DNA of 64,000 bases, taken from assembly GCA_041653115.1 (NCBI GenBank), contig JBAZGA010000005.1, forward strand, positions 2,296-66,295, given 5' to 3'. This stretch comes from Candidatus Omnitrophota bacterium. GTDB taxonomy: Bacteria > Omnitrophota > Gorgyraeia > Gygaellales > Profunditerraquicolaceae. The position numbers and the translations under genes were made by a program. This document shows, one piece after another, positions 19,549-30,704 of the stretch (position 1 is its first letter; each line of letters starts with the position of its first letter). Under the pieces are notes generated by a model. The model ran no database searches. It was not told the DNA's origin and saw only the letters and a program-made list of their open reading frames with translations.

Positions 19549-20565
19549 ATGATTATCGTATTAAGGCCGGATGCCACCGAAGAGCAGATTAACCATATTA
19601 TTGAAAAAGTAGAGAAGCTGGGGCTTAAGCCTCACGTCTCAAAAGGCACAGAGCGCACGATTATCGGCCTTATCGGGCCAGAGGACGTGCTGCGCGTGAC
19701 CCCCTTAGAGGTTTTTCCGGGCATAGAAAAGGTAATGCCGGTATTAGCGCCTTATAAGCTTGTTTCGCGGGAATTCCGGCGTGAAGATTCTGTGGTTGAT
19801 TTGGGCAAGGGAATAAAAATCGGCGGTAAAAAAATAGTAATGATGGCCGGTCCCTGCGCCATTGAGAACCCGGAGACTTTATACGAAGTCGCCAAAGAAA
19901 TAAAAAAGTCCGGGGCAGTGGTTTTACGCGGCGGGGCATTCAAGCCGCGCACCTCGCCTTACAGCTTCCAGGGATTAGGCGAAGAAGGCTTAAAGCTTTT
20001 AAATAAAGTAGGCAAGGAGCTCGGTTTGGTCACGGTCAGCGAAGTGATGGATACCCGCGACGTGGAATTAGTGGCGAAATACGCGGATGTCTTTCAGATC
20101 GGCGCGCGCAATATGCAGAATTTTAATCTCCTGAAAGAGGTGGGACTGACCAAGAAGCCGGTAGTTTTAAAGCGGGGGATGTCTTCCACGGTCAAGGAAT
20201 TATTGATGTCGGCGGAATACATCTTAGCCGGAGGGAATTTTAACGTGATTTTATGCGAGCGGGGTATCCGCACATTCGAGGATTCAACGCGTACCACCCT
20301 GGATATCAGCGCGGTGCCGGTGATTAAGCAGCTTTCGCACCTGCCGGTAATCGTTGACCCCAGTCACGCTGCCGGAAAATGGGGGTTGGTTTCCCCGCTT
20401 TCCAAGGCTGCCCTGGCTGCCGGAGCCGACGGCCTGATTGTAGAGGTGCACAGCCACCCCGAAGACGCTTTATCCGACGGAGCGCAGTCTCTCTTGCCGG
20501 ATAATTTCAGCGGATTGATGGAAGAGTTGAAAAAAATAGCCAGGACCTTAGGCAGGGAAATCTAA
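19549..20565 (+). CDS. aroF: 3-deoxy-7-phosphoheptulonate (DAHP) synthase, type I-beta with N-terminal regulatory domain
   Basis: About 70-aa N-terminal ferredoxin/ACT-like domain followed by a KDO8P/DAHPS (I-beta) TIM barrel (MMAGPCAIE..., [16 protein letters not shown]). Confidence 0.8.
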   Translation: MIIVLRPDATEEQINHIIEKVEKLGLKPHVSKGTERTIIGLIGPEDVLRVTPLEVFPGIEKVMPVLAPYKLVSREFRREDSVVDLGKGIKIGGKKIVMMAGPCAIENPETLYEVAKEIKKSGAVVLRGGAFKPRTSPYSFQGLGEEGLKLLNKVGKELGLVTVSEVMDTRDVELVAKYADVFQIGARNMQNFNLLKEVGLTKKPVVLKRGMSSTVKELLMSAEYILAGGNFNVILCERGIRTFEDSTRTTLDISAVPVIKQLSHLPVIVDPSHAAGKWGLVSPLSKAALAAGADGLIVEVHSHPEDALSDGAQSLLPDNFSGLMEELKKIARTLGREI

Positions 20566-21392
20566 TGCGTTTATTCGATAAAGTAGCCATTGTCGGCGTA
20601 GGTTTAATCGGCGGGTCTTTGGCTTTGGCAATGAAAAAGAAAAAGCTCGCCCGTAAAATCATCGGAGTCAGCCGGCATAAAAAAACCTTATCCCTGGCCA
20701 GGAAAAACCGGGCGATAGATGAGGGGACGCAGGATTTAAGCATAGTCAGGGATGCGGACCTGGTAATTTTAGCGGCGCCGGTTAAAACCATCTTAAGATT
20801 GGCGGAGAAAATCGCGCCGCTGGTAAAAAGGGACTGCGTCGTTATCGATGTCGGCAGCACTAAAGAGGAAATCGTCTCTAAATTAGACAGGCTTTTCTCC
20901 CGTTATGTCGGAACGCATCCTTTGGCCGGTTCAGAGAAGCGCGGCATCAATAACGCCGACCCCTTTATCTTTGAAGGTTCCTTATGTATCCTGACGCCGA
21001 CAAAAAATACCGACCCTGCGGCAAAGAGAAAAACAGAAGAGTTATGGCGCAAACTCGGCGTGAGAGTGGTGTTTTTATCCGGACGAGCGCACGATAGAAT
21101 ACTTTCTTTTATCAGCCACCTGCCGCATCTGGCCGCCTTTTCCTTGATCGGCATTGCCCCCAGGCAATATTTAAGGTTTGCCGCAAGCGGCCTGAAGGAT
21201 ACGACGCGCATTGCCGCATCCGACCCCGGGCTTTGGGCGGATATTTTTTTAAGCAACGCCGGATTATTGAAGGCAGTGAGCCTGTTTGAGGATGAGCTGC
21301 GCAAAATAAAATCGGCAATTAAAAGCAAGGATAGAAGTTTACTGATTAAAATTCTCAAGGGGGCAAAGAAAAAAAGAGAGCTTTTGGAATGA
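20565..21392 (+). CDS. tyrA: Prephenate dehydrogenase
   Basis: VAIVGVGLIGGSLALA Rossmann start and PDH_N/PDH_C profile. Confidence 0.85.
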   Translation: MRLFDKVAIVGVGLIGGSLALAMKKKKLARKIIGVSRHKKTLSLARKNRAIDEGTQDLSIVRDADLVILAAPVKTILRLAEKIAPLVKRDCVVIDVGSTKEEIVSKLDRLFSRYVGTHPLAGSEKRGINNADPFIFEGSLCILTPTKNTDPAAKRKTEELWRKLGVRVVFLSGRAHDRILSFISHLPHLAAFSLIGIAPRQYLRFAASGLKDTTRIAASDPGLWADIFLSNAGLLKAVSLFEDELRKIKSAIKSKDRSLLIKILKGAKKKRELLE

Positions 21393-22042
21393 TTGTCGCT
21401 ATCGACGGCCCTGCCGGCGCAGGCAAGAGCACGGTTGCCAGGATATTGGCCAGGGAACTGGGCTTTCTTTACATAGATACCGGCGCAATGTACCGGGCGC
21501 TGACGCTAAAGGCCCTGGAAAATAGAATTGAAACAGAGGATACCGCGCGCCTCGTAGAATTGGCCCGCAATACCAATATTGACTTGGCGAATGATTCAGA
21601 CGGCTCTTTAAAGGTTTTTTTGGACGGCGGCGATGTCTCCGCCCAAATCCGGCAGCCGCGCATCACTAAATACGTCTCCGATATCGCCAAAATCAAAGAC
21701 GTGAGAATAGTGATGCTGGGTTTACAAAGGAGGCTGGGTAAAAGTAAAGACAGTGTTTTAGACGGCCGCGATATCGGGACCGTAGTCTTTCCCGATGCCG
21801 AGAAGAAATTCTATATTGACGCCGATTTCTCCGAACGGGTAAGGCGGCGTTATCAGGAGTTAAGAGATTTAGGCCAGGACGTAACTTTAAAAGATATAGA
21901 GTCAGACCTCTCTAACCGCGATAAAATAGATTCTACCCGCGAATTCGCGCCCCTCAAAAAAGCCGATGACGCTGTTTATATCGATACGACCAGGATGACC
22001 ATCGAAGAAGTAGTAAACAAAGCGTTAAGTTACATCCGTTAA
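21389..22042 (+). CDS. cmk: Cytidylate kinase
   Basis: IVAIDGPAGAGKSTVARILARELGFLYIDTGAMYRA. Confidence 0.95.
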   Translation: MIVAIDGPAGAGKSTVARILARELGFLYIDTGAMYRALTLKALENRIETEDTARLVELARNTNIDLANDSDGSLKVFLDGGDVSAQIRQPRITKYVSDIAKIKDVRIVMLGLQRRLGKSKDSVLDGRDIGTVVFPDAEKKFYIDADFSERVRRRYQELRDLGQDVTLKDIESDLSNRDKIDSTREFAPLKKADDAVYIDTTRMTIEEVVNKALSYIR

Positions 22043-22047
22043 GCGCC

Positions 22048-23847
22048 ATGGATAAATCACCCATCCGGAATTTTAGCATCATCGCCCATATCGACCACGG
22101 TAAATCCACCCTCGCAGACAGGATATTGGAATTGACCGGAGCGGTGGAGAAGGTGCATAAAGGCACCCAGCTCCTGGACGATATGGAGTTAGAGCAGGAG
22201 CGCGGCATTACCATTAAGGCCTCAATGGTCAGGTTGTCTTACCGTTCTAAAAAAGACAATAAAGATTATATACTCAACCTGATTGATACGCCCGGCCACG
22301 TAGATTTTACCTATGAGGTTTCCAAGTCCCTGGCAGCCTGCGAAACGGCGATACTGGTGGTAGACGCCGGCCAGGGGATAGAAGCCCAGACCGTGGCTAA
22401 TTATTATCTTGCCCGCGACAATAAGCTCCAGGTAATCCCGGTAATCAATAAAATCGACTTAAACACCGCCGATATACCGCGCGTCAAGAAGCAGCTGGTC
22501 AATGTGCTGGGGTTTGATGAGGAAGAGATAATTTTGGCTTCGGCAAAGGAAGGCACCGGCGTAGAAGAAATTTTAGAGAGGATTGTCGAGCGCGGGCCTC
22601 CGCCCAGTGGCGAGGTTAACCGGCCGCTGAAAGCGCTGGTCTTTGACTGCCGCTTTGACACTTTTAAAGGGGTAGTCGTATTCGTGCGGGCGATGGACGG
22701 GAAAATCGAAAAAAATACCCAGATTAAGCTGATACATTCCGGCAAGACTTATAAGATAGAAGAATTGGGCGTATTCAAGGACTTAAAATATGCCCGGGTT
22801 GATGCTTTATCCTGCGGCGAAGTAGGGTATCTTACCGCCAATATCCGCGACCCCAGGGAAATTATCATCGGCGACACCCTGACCGACATCAAAAATCCCT
22901 GCGCGGAGGCCTTGCCGGGGTACCGCACGCCAAAGCCTTTGGTATTCTGCGGTATTTATCCGGTAAACGCCGCGGATTTCCCTAATTTACGCACGGCGAT
23001 GGATAAATTAAAATTATCGGATGCTTCATTTGTCTTTGAGCCGGAAAATTCGCAGTCTTTCGGCTCGGGTTTCCGCTGCGGCTTCTTAGGCCTGCTGCAT
23101 ATGGAAATCGCCCAGGAGCGCCTGGAAAGAGAATATGATTTAAACCTGATTTTGACCGTTCCAAACGTAGTCTACAGGATAAGGCAGAGAAGCGGGGAGC
23201 TTACCGAGGTAGATACCCCGGCGAAATTTCCGCCCCCCCAGGAAATCCAGGAGGCGCTTGAGCCATATGTGTGCTTATTGATGATTATACCGGTGGACGC
23301 GATAGAAGCGATCTGCGATTTTACCAAAGCCCGGCGGGGTATCTTTTGCACCAGCGAATACCTTACCGAAGACCGGGTAAAACTGGTCTTTGATATACCG
23401 CTCTCCGAGATCATCGTGGATTTTTACGACCGGATGAAGTCCTTGACCAAAGGGTACGGTTCCTTAGACTACGAATTCAAGGAATACCTTCCCACCAAAC
23501 TGGTAAAATTGGATATCCTCTTAAACGGGGTTATCTGCGACGCCTTTTCTTCTTTAGTCTATAAAGAAAAGGCGATGTCACGCGCTCACGCCTTGACTTC
23601 TAAACTAAAAGAATTAATCCCGCGGCAATTATTCGAAGTCGCTATCCAAGCGGCGGTAGGCAGCCAGATTTTAGCTTCGGAAAAAATACGCTCCGTGGGT
23701 AAGCATGTAACCGCGAAATGTTACGGCGGCGATATCACCCGTAAACGCAAGCTCTGGGAAACCCAGAAACAGGGCAAAAAGCGGCTGAAGCAGCTGGGTA
23801 AGGTGCAGATTCCGCAGGAAGCATTTTTGGAGGTATTAAAGATATGA
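22048..23847 (+). CDS. lepA: Elongation factor 4
   Basis: IRNFSIIAHIDHGKSTLADRILE G-domain and LepA C-terminal domain. Confidence 0.95.
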   Translation: MDKSPIRNFSIIAHIDHGKSTLADRILELTGAVEKVHKGTQLLDDMELEQERGITIKASMVRLSYRSKKDNKDYILNLIDTPGHVDFTYEVSKSLAACETAILVVDAGQGIEAQTVANYYLARDNKLQVIPVINKIDLNTADIPRVKKQLVNVLGFDEEEIILASAKEGTGVEEILERIVERGPPPSGEVNRPLKALVFDCRFDTFKGVVVFVRAMDGKIEKNTQIKLIHSGKTYKIEELGVFKDLKYARVDALSCGEVGYLTANIRDPREIIIGDTLTDIKNPCAEALPGYRTPKPLVFCGIYPVNAADFPNLRTAMDKLKLSDASFVFEPENSQSFGSGFRCGFLGLLHMEIAQERLEREYDLNLILTVPNVVYRIRQRSGELTEVDTPAKFPPPQEIQEALEPYVCLLMIIPVDAIEAICDFTKARRGIFCTSEYLTEDRVKLVFDIPLSEIIVDFYDRMKSLTKGYGSLDYEFKEYLPTKLVKLDILLNGVICDAFSSLVYKEKAMSRAHALTSKLKELIPRQLFEVAIQAAVGSQILASEKIRSVGKHVTAKCYGGDITRKRKLWETQKQGKKRLKQLGKVQIPQEAFLEVLKI

Positions 23848-24419
23848 GCACGAGAAAAAAGTCAATAGTCCGCGACTGGATTGAGTCAATCGTAGTTGCC
23901 TTTATCCTGGCGATGATTATCCGGGCATTTATCGTCCAGGCCTTTAAGATTCCCACCGGTTCGATGCGGCCGACCCTTTTAGAAGGGGATTTAATCCTGG
24001 TAAATAAGTTTATTTACGGCGCCAAAATACCGTTTACGGATTTGCGGCTGCCCCAGGTAAAGCCGCTGAAGAGAGGCGACGTGGTCGTCTTTATCTATCC
24101 CGAGAACCCGAAAAAGGACTTTATCAAAAGGCTGGTTGCCCTGCCGGGCGAGAGCGTAGAAATTAAAAACGGGACAGTATATATTAATAGCCGGCCGTTG
24201 CTTGACCCTCTGTTCAGCCAGAGGTATTATTATAACCGGGGCAGATTTGCCGAAGAAGGCGACAAGATAACCGTTCCGCCCGGTCACTTCTTTGTGATGG
24301 GCGATAATTCCGCTTCTTCCCAGGACAGCCGCTTCTGGGGTTTTGTCCCGCATAAAAATATATTGGGCAAGGCGATGGTTATCTATTGGCCGCCCCGGCG
24401 GATCAGGATTATAAAATGA
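23844..24419 (+). CDS. lepB: Signal peptidase I
   Basis: GSMRPTL (catalytic Ser box), GDNSASSQDSRFWGFV box E; conserved lepA-lepB order. Confidence 0.9.
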   Translation: MSTRKKSIVRDWIESIVVAFILAMIIRAFIVQAFKIPTGSMRPTLLEGDLILVNKFIYGAKIPFTDLRLPQVKPLKRGDVVVFIYPENPKKDFIKRLVALPGESVEIKNGTVYINSRPLLDPLFSQRYYYNRGRFAEEGDKITVPPGHFFVMGDNSASSQDSRFWGFVPHKNILGKAMVIYWPPRRIRIIK

Positions 24420-24982
24420 ACTTTGCGAATAAGATTTCTACATTCAGGATCCTCACCGTTCCTTTTTTTATCGCCAGTATCGTCTATTACGCGCCTGAGA
24501 GGGATTACTTAAGGCTGGTGAGCCTGGTTATTTTTATTGTAGCCGTGTTCTCCGACGCCGTGGACGGTTATATCGCCCGTAAATCCAAGCAGCAGTCTCC
24601 GGCAGGCCTGATTTTAGACCCGCTGGGCGATAAATTATTATTGATGAGCGCTTTTATTTGTCTGGCCTTGGGGAAATTCAGCATTACTTTCCCATTATGG
24701 GTGACTTTGATTGTCATCAGCCGGGATGTTTTAATCCTCCTGGGCGCAGCCGTGATTTATATGGTTAAGCAAAGGATTAATATCCTGCCGACCAAGTGGG
24801 GCAAGCTGACGACGATTTTTCAGATGTCGGCGGTAATCATCGTGCTGCTGCAGACGCCGATAAAAATCGCGCAGGTTTTTTGGTGGCTGGCGGTATTATT
24901 TACCGTGATCTCGGGGGCAGATTACATTATGAGGGGGTTTAAGACGCTTTATGCTTTGGATAATCCTCGCAATAGCCACTAG
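24416..24982 (+). CDS. pgsA: CDP-alcohol phosphatidyltransferase (PgsA-like)
   Basis: DAVDGYIARK...GLILDPLGDKLL CDP-OH_P_transf motif; start set at the ATGA overlap with lepB (track: 24386). Confidence 0.8.
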   Translation: MNFANKISTFRILTVPFFIASIVYYAPERDYLRLVSLVIFIVAVFSDAVDGYIARKSKQQSPAGLILDPLGDKLLLMSAFICLALGKFSITFPLWVTLIVISRDVLILLGAAVIYMVKQRINILPTKWGKLTTIFQMSAVIIVLLQTPIKIAQVFWWLAVLFTVISGADYIMRGFKTLYALDNPRNSH

Positions 24983-25601
24983 CTATCTCTTAGGCTCAAT
25001 ACCCACTGCCTATATTTTCGGCCGTTTATTGAAAGGCGTTGATATCCGTAAATTCGGCTCCGGCAATGTCGGAGCGACCAACGCCTTAAGGCTTTTAGGG
25101 AAAAGAGCGGGCCTGGCGGTATTGTCGCTGGATATGCTGAAGGGTATTCTGGCGGTAATTTTTGTGGCTGATTACGCGCTTTCTAAGAGCGCGCTATTAT
25201 CGGGGGATTTATTGCGCGCTATCCTGGGGGCAAGCTGCATCTTTGGCCATAACTGGACAATATTCTTGAATTTTAAAGGCGGCAAGGGGGTAGCCGCGAC
25301 TTTTGGAGTATTGATCGGCCTGGCCTTTAAGATATCCGGTTTTAACATCATCCTGGCTTTGGTAATTTTAGTCTGGCTGATTACATTCATTATTATCAGG
25401 ATTGTCTCTCTATCTTCGCTTTTAGCCGGCATAGCCTTGCCGGTCTTTATGCTTTTATTCAGGGATTCCCGGAATTTTTCCAACGGTTTGGTATTTTTCA
25501 GTTTATTGATTACCGTTTTTATTTTCCTGCGCCACCGCTCCAACCTCAAAAGGCTGCTCAGGGGGAAAGAACCCCGCCTTTCTTTTAAAAAGCCCGCTTA
25601 A
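24951..25601 (+). CDS. plsY: Glycerol-3-phosphate acyltransferase PlsY
   Basis: GSGNVGATNALR motif and a multi-TM profile. Confidence 0.9.
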   Translation: MLWIILAIATSYLLGSIPTAYIFGRLLKGVDIRKFGSGNVGATNALRLLGKRAGLAVLSLDMLKGILAVIFVADYALSKSALLSGDLLRAILGASCIFGHNWTIFLNFKGGKGVAATFGVLIGLAFKISGFNIILALVILVWLITFIIIRIVSLSSLLAGIALPVFMLLFRDSRNFSNGLVFFSLLITVFIFLRHRSNLKRLLRGKEPRLSFKKPA

Positions 25602-25646
25602 TCCAACCTCAAAAAGTAAGCGTTTTCCTCTAAGTCCTTTAATGGC

Positions 25647-25676
25647 TTGAAATTAGGTAAATCCGGATGTTATACT
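25647..25676 (+). promoter_or_regulatory. Sigma70-type promoter (TTGAAA-18-TATACT with extended GATGT) ahead of a structured leader
   Basis: TTGAAA at 25647-25652, TATACT at 25671-25676; shares GATGTTATACT with three other promoters in the window. Confidence 0.5.
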
Positions 25677-25807
25677 CTAAATTGAAGTTAAAACAGGCAG
25701 TTTTAATCATCCCCACCAGCCACGAGAGTAGGGGATAAGCCGGGTTGCCGGAAAAACAGGAGAAAGTCTTTTAAAGGGTAACCCGGCTTTAAATTCGCAA
25801 AGATATT

Positions 25808-26137
25808 ATGAGAGACCTATTATTTAAAAATTTAACTTCTACCCGGAAAAAAAGAAGGATAATCATCAGCTCCGAGGTTATCGATAAAGAAGGGGTGCGC
25901 AGTATTATCCGGCGCCATTTTGTTTGCCTGCTTAAGGAAGTCAAGGATAACAAGTTTCCCGCCCCCGAGCCTTACATCTATATCTTAAAAGAGCGTAATA
26001 CCCGGGAACAGAAAGAAAAATTTTTCTGCCGTATCAAGGGGAGCCTTTATGCCGTCAATAATCACAAGATATTTTTAATTACCTTCACGCATTCCTTGAA
26101 AATAACCCTCAGTGCCCTGCCCTGTATCGCGCAATAA
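25808..26137 (+). CDS. Hypothetical small basic protein
   Basis: 109-aa ORF after the promoter and hairpin leader; no recognisable motif. Confidence 0.35.
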   Translation: MRDLLFKNLTSTRKKRRIIISSEVIDKEGVRSIIRRHFVCLLKEVKDNKFPAPEPYIYILKERNTREQKEKFFCRIKGSLYAVNNHKIFLITFTHSLKITLSALPCIAQ

Positions 26138-26178
26138 AACAGAACCGATAAACAGCCGTTTCCTCTTTCCGAATATCC

Positions 26179-26209
26179 TTTGACTTTTTCTCTAAACCGC
26201 GTTATAATC
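26179..26209 (+). promoter_or_regulatory. Putative gatCAB promoter (TTGACT ... TATAAT)
   Basis: TTGACT at 26179-26184 and TATAAT at 26204-26209; the spacer is slightly long at about 19 nt. Confidence 0.4.
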
Positions 26210-26239
26210 AAAAGCTAAGTTTAAGCGGAGGCATAACTT

Positions 26240-26527
26240 ATGTCAATAGACAAAGATACAGTTAAGTATACCGCGCACCTGGCGCGCATTGAATTGCAGC
26301 CTAAAGAACTGGAAACCCTCTCCGGACAGCTTAAGGATATCCTGGGTTTTATCGATAAATTAAAAAAAATAGACGTAAAAAGTACGAGCCCCACCAGCCA
26401 TATCCTGCCGGTTAATAACGTGTTGAGGCGGGATGCCCCGGCTGAATCTTTGCCGCTGAAAAAAACACTGGAAAATGCCCCGCAGAAAAAAGAGAGTTTC
26501 TTTGCAGTGCCGAAAATCATAGAATAA
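26240..26527 (+). CDS. gatC: Glu-tRNA(Gln)/Asp-tRNA(Asn) amidotransferase subunit C
   Basis: Typical GatC start (DKDTVKYTAHLARIEL...) and size; RBS GGAGG. Confidence 0.9.
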   Translation: MSIDKDTVKYTAHLARIELQPKELETLSGQLKDILGFIDKLKKIDVKSTSPTSHILPVNNVLRRDAPAESLPLKKTLENAPQKKESFFAVPKIIE

Positions 26528-26545
26528 AAGCCTTTACCCCTATCA

Positions 26546-27994
26546 ATGGAAGAATTAAATAGATTAACAGCGCATGAGCTTATCGAAAGTTTAAGCCGTA
26601 AAGAAATTACTTCCGAAGAGGTTATTTCCCGCCTTAACCAGAGGATAAAAGATACAGACGCAAGAGTCAAAGCTTATGTCCGTTTCGATAGTTCAAACAA
26701 TCCGGCAGAGCAACAGTCCGGCGCGGCAGCGCTTCCCTTAAAAGGCCTTCCTATTTCCCTAAAAGACAACATCTGCACCGACAGCTTAAATACCGAATGC
26801 TGCTCGATGATTTTAGGGGGTTTCCGGCCGCCGTACGACGCCACAGTGGTCAAAAAATTAAAAGCTGCCGGCGCTCTAATATTAGGGGCGAAAACCAATA
26901 TGGATGAATTTGCTTTTGGTTCATCCACGGAGAATTCCTGTTTCGGGCCGACGCATAACCCCTGGGACTTAGAGTGCGTGCCGGGAGGCTCTTCAGGCGG
27001 TTCAGCCGCGGCAGTAGCCGGCGATGAGGCAATCTGGGCATTAGGTTCGGATACCGGCGGCTCAATCCGCCAGCCCGCCGCTTTTTGCGGCGTGGTCGGC
27101 TTAAAGCCGACATACGGCCGGGTTTCCCGCTACGGTTTAATCGCCTTTGCCTCCAGTTTAGACCAGATCGGGCCGATTACAAAGGACACAAGGGACAGCG
27201 CGTTATTATTGAATGTGATTGCCGGCTTTGACCCGCGGGATTCTACATCCGTAAATGAGAAAGTGCCCGATTATACGCAGGCGCTGCTTAATGATATAAA
27301 AGGGATTAAAATCGGTATCCCCAAGGAATATTTTATTGAAGGCACGGATTCTGAAGTCAAAACTATCATCAAAGAAGCCCTGGAAAAACTGAAGAGTTTA
27401 GGGGCGGACTGCCAGGAGGTTTCCCTGCCGCATACCGAATACGCGGTGCCGGTTTATTATATTATCGCCACGGCAGAGGCGAGCTCTAATTTAGCGCGCT
27501 TTGACGGAGTGCAGTATGCTTATCGCAGCAGCAGCCGCGCCTCGTTAATAGACATGTATAAAGAAACCCGGGGAGAGGGGTTTGGCGAAGAAGCAAAAAG
27601 AAGGATTATCCTGGGGACTTTTGTTTTATCCCACGGTTATTACGACGCATATTATCTTCGGGCGCAAAAAGTGCGCACGCTGATTAAGCAGGATTTTGAG
27701 CGAGCCTTTAATCAGCTTGACTGTATCGTCACCCCTACCACGCCCACGGCAGCATTTAAAATCGGAGAAAAAATAAAAGACCCCCTGAAGATGTATCTTT
27801 CCGATATTTTTACGATTTCGGTAAATTTAGCCGGGATACCCGCGATATCCATTCCTTGCGGTTTTACGAAAAAGGGCCTGCCCGTAGGATTACAGATTTT
27901 AGCCAGGCCTTTTGCCGAAGAAATGCTTTTCCGGGTCGCCCACACTTACGAGCAGAATACCGGCTGGCATAAAATGAATCCGCGACTGAAATGA
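26546..27994 (+). CDS. gatA: Glu-tRNA(Gln) amidotransferase subunit A (amidase signature)
   Basis: Amidase signature [12 protein letters not shown]...[12 protein letters not shown]. Confidence 0.95.
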   Translation: MEELNRLTAHELIESLSRKEITSEEVISRLNQRIKDTDARVKAYVRFDSSNNPAEQQSGAAALPLKGLPISLKDNICTDSLNTECCSMILGGFRPPYDATVVKKLKAAGALILGAKTNMDEFAFGSSTENSCFGPTHNPWDLECVPGGSSGGSAAAVAGDEAIWALGSDTGGSIRQPAAFCGVVGLKPTYGRVSRYGLIAFASSLDQIGPITKDTRDSALLLNVIAGFDPRDSTSVNEKVPDYTQALLNDIKGIKIGIPKEYFIEGTDSEVKTIIKEALEKLKSLGADCQEVSLPHTEYAVPVYYIIATAEASSNLARFDGVQYAYRSSSRASLIDMYKETRGEGFGEEAKRRIILGTFVLSHGYYDAYYLRAQKVRTLIKQDFERAFNQLDCIVTPTTPTAAFKIGEKIKDPLKMYLSDIFTISVNLAGIPAISIPCGFTKKGLPVGLQILARPFAEEMLFRVAHTYEQNTGWHKMNPRLK

Positions 27995-29436
27995 AAGCAA
28001 AGAAGGATTACGAAGCGGTTATTGGTTTAGAAGTCCACGTGCACCTGAAGACCAAGACTAAGGCCTTTTGCGGCTGTTCCACCGAATTCGGCCAAGAGCC
28101 GAATTCACAGGCCTGCCCGGTTTGCCTGGGCTTTCCCGGGTCTTTGCCGGTGCTGAATGAAACCGCCCTGGATTACGCGATTAAGGTGGGCTTGGCCTTA
28201 AATTGCCAGGTGCAGGAATACACCAAGTTTGACCGGAAAAATTATTTTTATCCGGATTTACCCAAGAATTACCAGATTTCGCAGTATGATTTGCCGATAG
28301 CTAAAGAGGGGTTTCTGGACATAGAGGCGGGCGGAAAGAATAAACGCATCGCCATCAGGCGCGTGCATTTGGAAGAGGATGCGGGAAAGCTCATCCATAA
28401 AGAAGAGATAAGCCTGGTAGATTTTAACCGCGCCGGCATACCTTTATTGGAGATTGTCAGCGACCCGGAAATCAATTCGCCTGAAGAGGCCTATGAATAT
28501 TTGACGGTTTTGAAAAGTATCATTGAGTACCTGGGAGTTTCGGATTGCGATATGGAAAAGGGGTCTTTGCGCTGCGACGCCAATATTTCGCTCAAACAAA
28601 AAGGGGCGAAGGAGTTAGGCGTAAAAGCCGAATTGAAGAATATGAATTCTTTTAAGGCGGTAAAGGACGCGCTGGCGTTTGAAATCGGCAGGCAGGGAGG
28701 TTTGCTGGATGACGGCAAAGCAATCATCCAGGAAACCAGGCTCTGGGACGCTAAACTTCAGGAGACCGTTTCCATGCGCAGCAAAGAAGAGGCGCAGGAT
28801 TACCGTTATTTTCCCGAGCCTGACCTCGTGCCGTTTATCATCAGCCGGGAAAAGAAAGAAGAAATCAGGAAGTCTATCCCTGAATTGCCGGCTCAGAAAC
28901 TATTGCGCTTTACTAAAGAGTTTGGTCTAAGCGAGTATGACGCAAAAATCCTGGTTTCTTCCAAGCAGGACGCGGAATACGTAGAGCGTTTGATGCGTGC
29001 ATATCCCCGAGAGGATAAAAAACCGTTAGTAAATTGGCTAATTGGTCCGGTAACCGCCTTAGCGTCCGCTTCTAACTTAATTATTTCAGAATTAAAGATC
29101 CCCGGCGGCATTGACGAATTAATTGATTTAATCATTAATACAGAGGACGGAAAGATTTCTAATCTTACAGCAAAGTCTGTCTTTGCGGAATCAGTAAGTA
29201 CTGCTAATTTAGCTTCTAACATCATCCGGGAGAAAAATTTATTCCAGATTTCCGATGCTTCTGCCTTAGAATCAGAGGTTGATGCGGTGATCAAAGAAAA
29301 CCCCCAGTCGGTCCAGGCTTATCAGGCAGGAAAAAGCAACGCGATTATGTTCCTGGTAGGCCAGGTAATGAAGAAGACCGGCGGAAAAGCCAATCCCAAA
29401 GTAGTTCAGGAAATATTAAAGCGGAGGTTGCAATAA
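27991..29436 (+). CDS. gatB: Glu-tRNA(Gln) amidotransferase subunit B
   Basis: [18 protein letters not shown]... GatB N-terminus and C-terminal YqeY-like tail. Confidence 0.95.
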   Translation: MKAKKDYEAVIGLEVHVHLKTKTKAFCGCSTEFGQEPNSQACPVCLGFPGSLPVLNETALDYAIKVGLALNCQVQEYTKFDRKNYFYPDLPKNYQISQYDLPIAKEGFLDIEAGGKNKRIAIRRVHLEEDAGKLIHKEEISLVDFNRAGIPLLEIVSDPEINSPEEAYEYLTVLKSIIEYLGVSDCDMEKGSLRCDANISLKQKGAKELGVKAELKNMNSFKAVKDALAFEIGRQGGLLDDGKAIIQETRLWDAKLQETVSMRSKEEAQDYRYFPEPDLVPFIISREKKEEIRKSIPELPAQKLLRFTKEFGLSEYDAKILVSSKQDAEYVERLMRAYPREDKKPLVNWLIGPVTALASASNLIISELKIPGGIDELIDLIINTEDGKISNLTAKSVFAESVSTANLASNIIREKNLFQISDASALESEVDAVIKENPQSVQAYQAGKSNAIMFLVGQVMKKTGGKANPKVVQEILKRRLQ

Positions 29437-30704
29437 TGTTTAAAAAATTATCCTTCGGTATAATCCTGGCGCTGATTGTTTTTACGGTCAGTTCCGTAAG
29501 CTTCTCCGGGCCGGATAAAAAGAGCAAGGACAACCTTTACCGGGAAATAGAGTTGTTTGCGGATACGCTGGCGATTATTCAGACGGATTATGTCGATGAA
29601 GCCAAACCCAAGGATTTGATTTACGGGGCATTGAAAGGGATGCTTTCGTCATTAGACCCGCACAGCCAGTTTATGGACCCCGATACTTATAATGAGTTGA
29701 AGGTGGACACGGAAGGTAAATTCGGCGGGCTGGGCATCGTTATCACCATCAGGGACGGGCTTTTAACCGTAGTAACCCCCACGGAAGATACGCCTGCCTG
29801 GAAAGCCGGTGTCAAAGCCGGCGACCGGATTGTGCAAATCAACAATGAATTGACCCGCGATATGACGCTTACCGACGCGGTAAAAAGAATGCGCGGGAAA
29901 CCGGGGGAGGCGGTAAACCTTACCATCCTCAGGGAATCGGAAAAGAAACTTCTGGAATTCAAGATAGTGCGCGACATCATTAAGATAAAGGACATCAAGG
30001 AAGCAAGGATCCTGGAGGACGGCATTGCTTATATCCGGCTGGTCGAATTCAGGGAAAGCACTGCCCGGGATATGGATGCGGCTTTGGATAAGCTGAAGAA
30101 AGAGGGAATGAACGCCCTGATATTAGACCTGCGCAATAACCCCGGCGGGCTTTTGGAAGCGGCGGTAGAAGTGACGGAAAGATTCATCGAAAAAGGCAAA
30201 CTGATTGTTTCTACCAAGAGCCGCAAAAGCTCTCAGGATTTAAGGTTCTTATCCCGCGCAAAGGACCCGATCCTGGATTTACCCGTCGTTGTTTTAATCA
30301 ATGAGGGCTCGGCTTCCGGCAGTGAAATTGTGGCGGCGGTTTTTCAGGACTATAAACGCGGGATAGTCCTGGGGACGAAATCATTCGGCAAGGGCGTGGT
30401 GCAGACGGTGATACCTTTAAGCGACGGCTCGGCGCTGCGGCTTACCACCAGCAAATATATCACGCCTTTAGGCAGGATTATTCACGAAAAAGGAGTCATT
30501 CCCGATATCGCGGTGGAAGAAGGTAAAATCGAACTCGCTACCGCTAAAGCAGAAGATGTATTTGAAGAAATGGAGAAAAAAGAAACAGGTAAACCGCAGA
30601 AAAAAGAGGGGGAGTCCTGGAACTATAAAAGCGATAATCAGCTGATGCGCGCGCTGGACGTCTTAAAGGCGCTTAAAATCTATAACCAGGCTAAAAATAA
30701 TTGA
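29436..30704 (+). CDS. ctpA: Carboxyl-terminal processing protease (S41, PDZ)
   Basis: Signal anchor, PDZ domain, S41 catalytic region (GSASGSEIVAA, KSFGKGVVQT). Confidence 0.9.
   Translation: MFKKLSFGIILALIVFTVSSVSFSGPDKKSKDNLYREIELFADTLAIIQTDYVDEAKPKDLIYGALKGMLSSLDPHSQFMDPDTYNELKVDTEGKFGGLGIVITIRDGLLTVVTPTEDTPAWKAGVKAGDRIVQINNELTRDMTLTDAVKRMRGKPGEAVNLTILRESEKKLLEFKIVRDIIKIKDIKEARILEDGIAYIRLVEFRESTARDMDAALDKLKKEGMNALILDLRNNPGGLLEAAVEVTERFIEKGKLIVSTKSRKSSQDLRFLSRAKDPILDLPVVVLINEGSASGSEIVAAVFQDYKRGIVLGTKSFGKGVVQTVIPLSDGSALRLTTSKYITPLGRIIHEKGVIPDIAVEEGKIELATAKAEDVFEEMEKKETGKPQKKEGESWNYKSDNQLMRALDVLKALKIYNQAKNN

Noticed and set aside
25677-25807. Attempt to assign the structured leader to a known riboswitch class (c-di-GMP, preQ1, ZTP, fluoride)
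   Set aside because: None of the class-defining conserved nucleotides could be recognised by eye. It is left as an unclassified structured leader.
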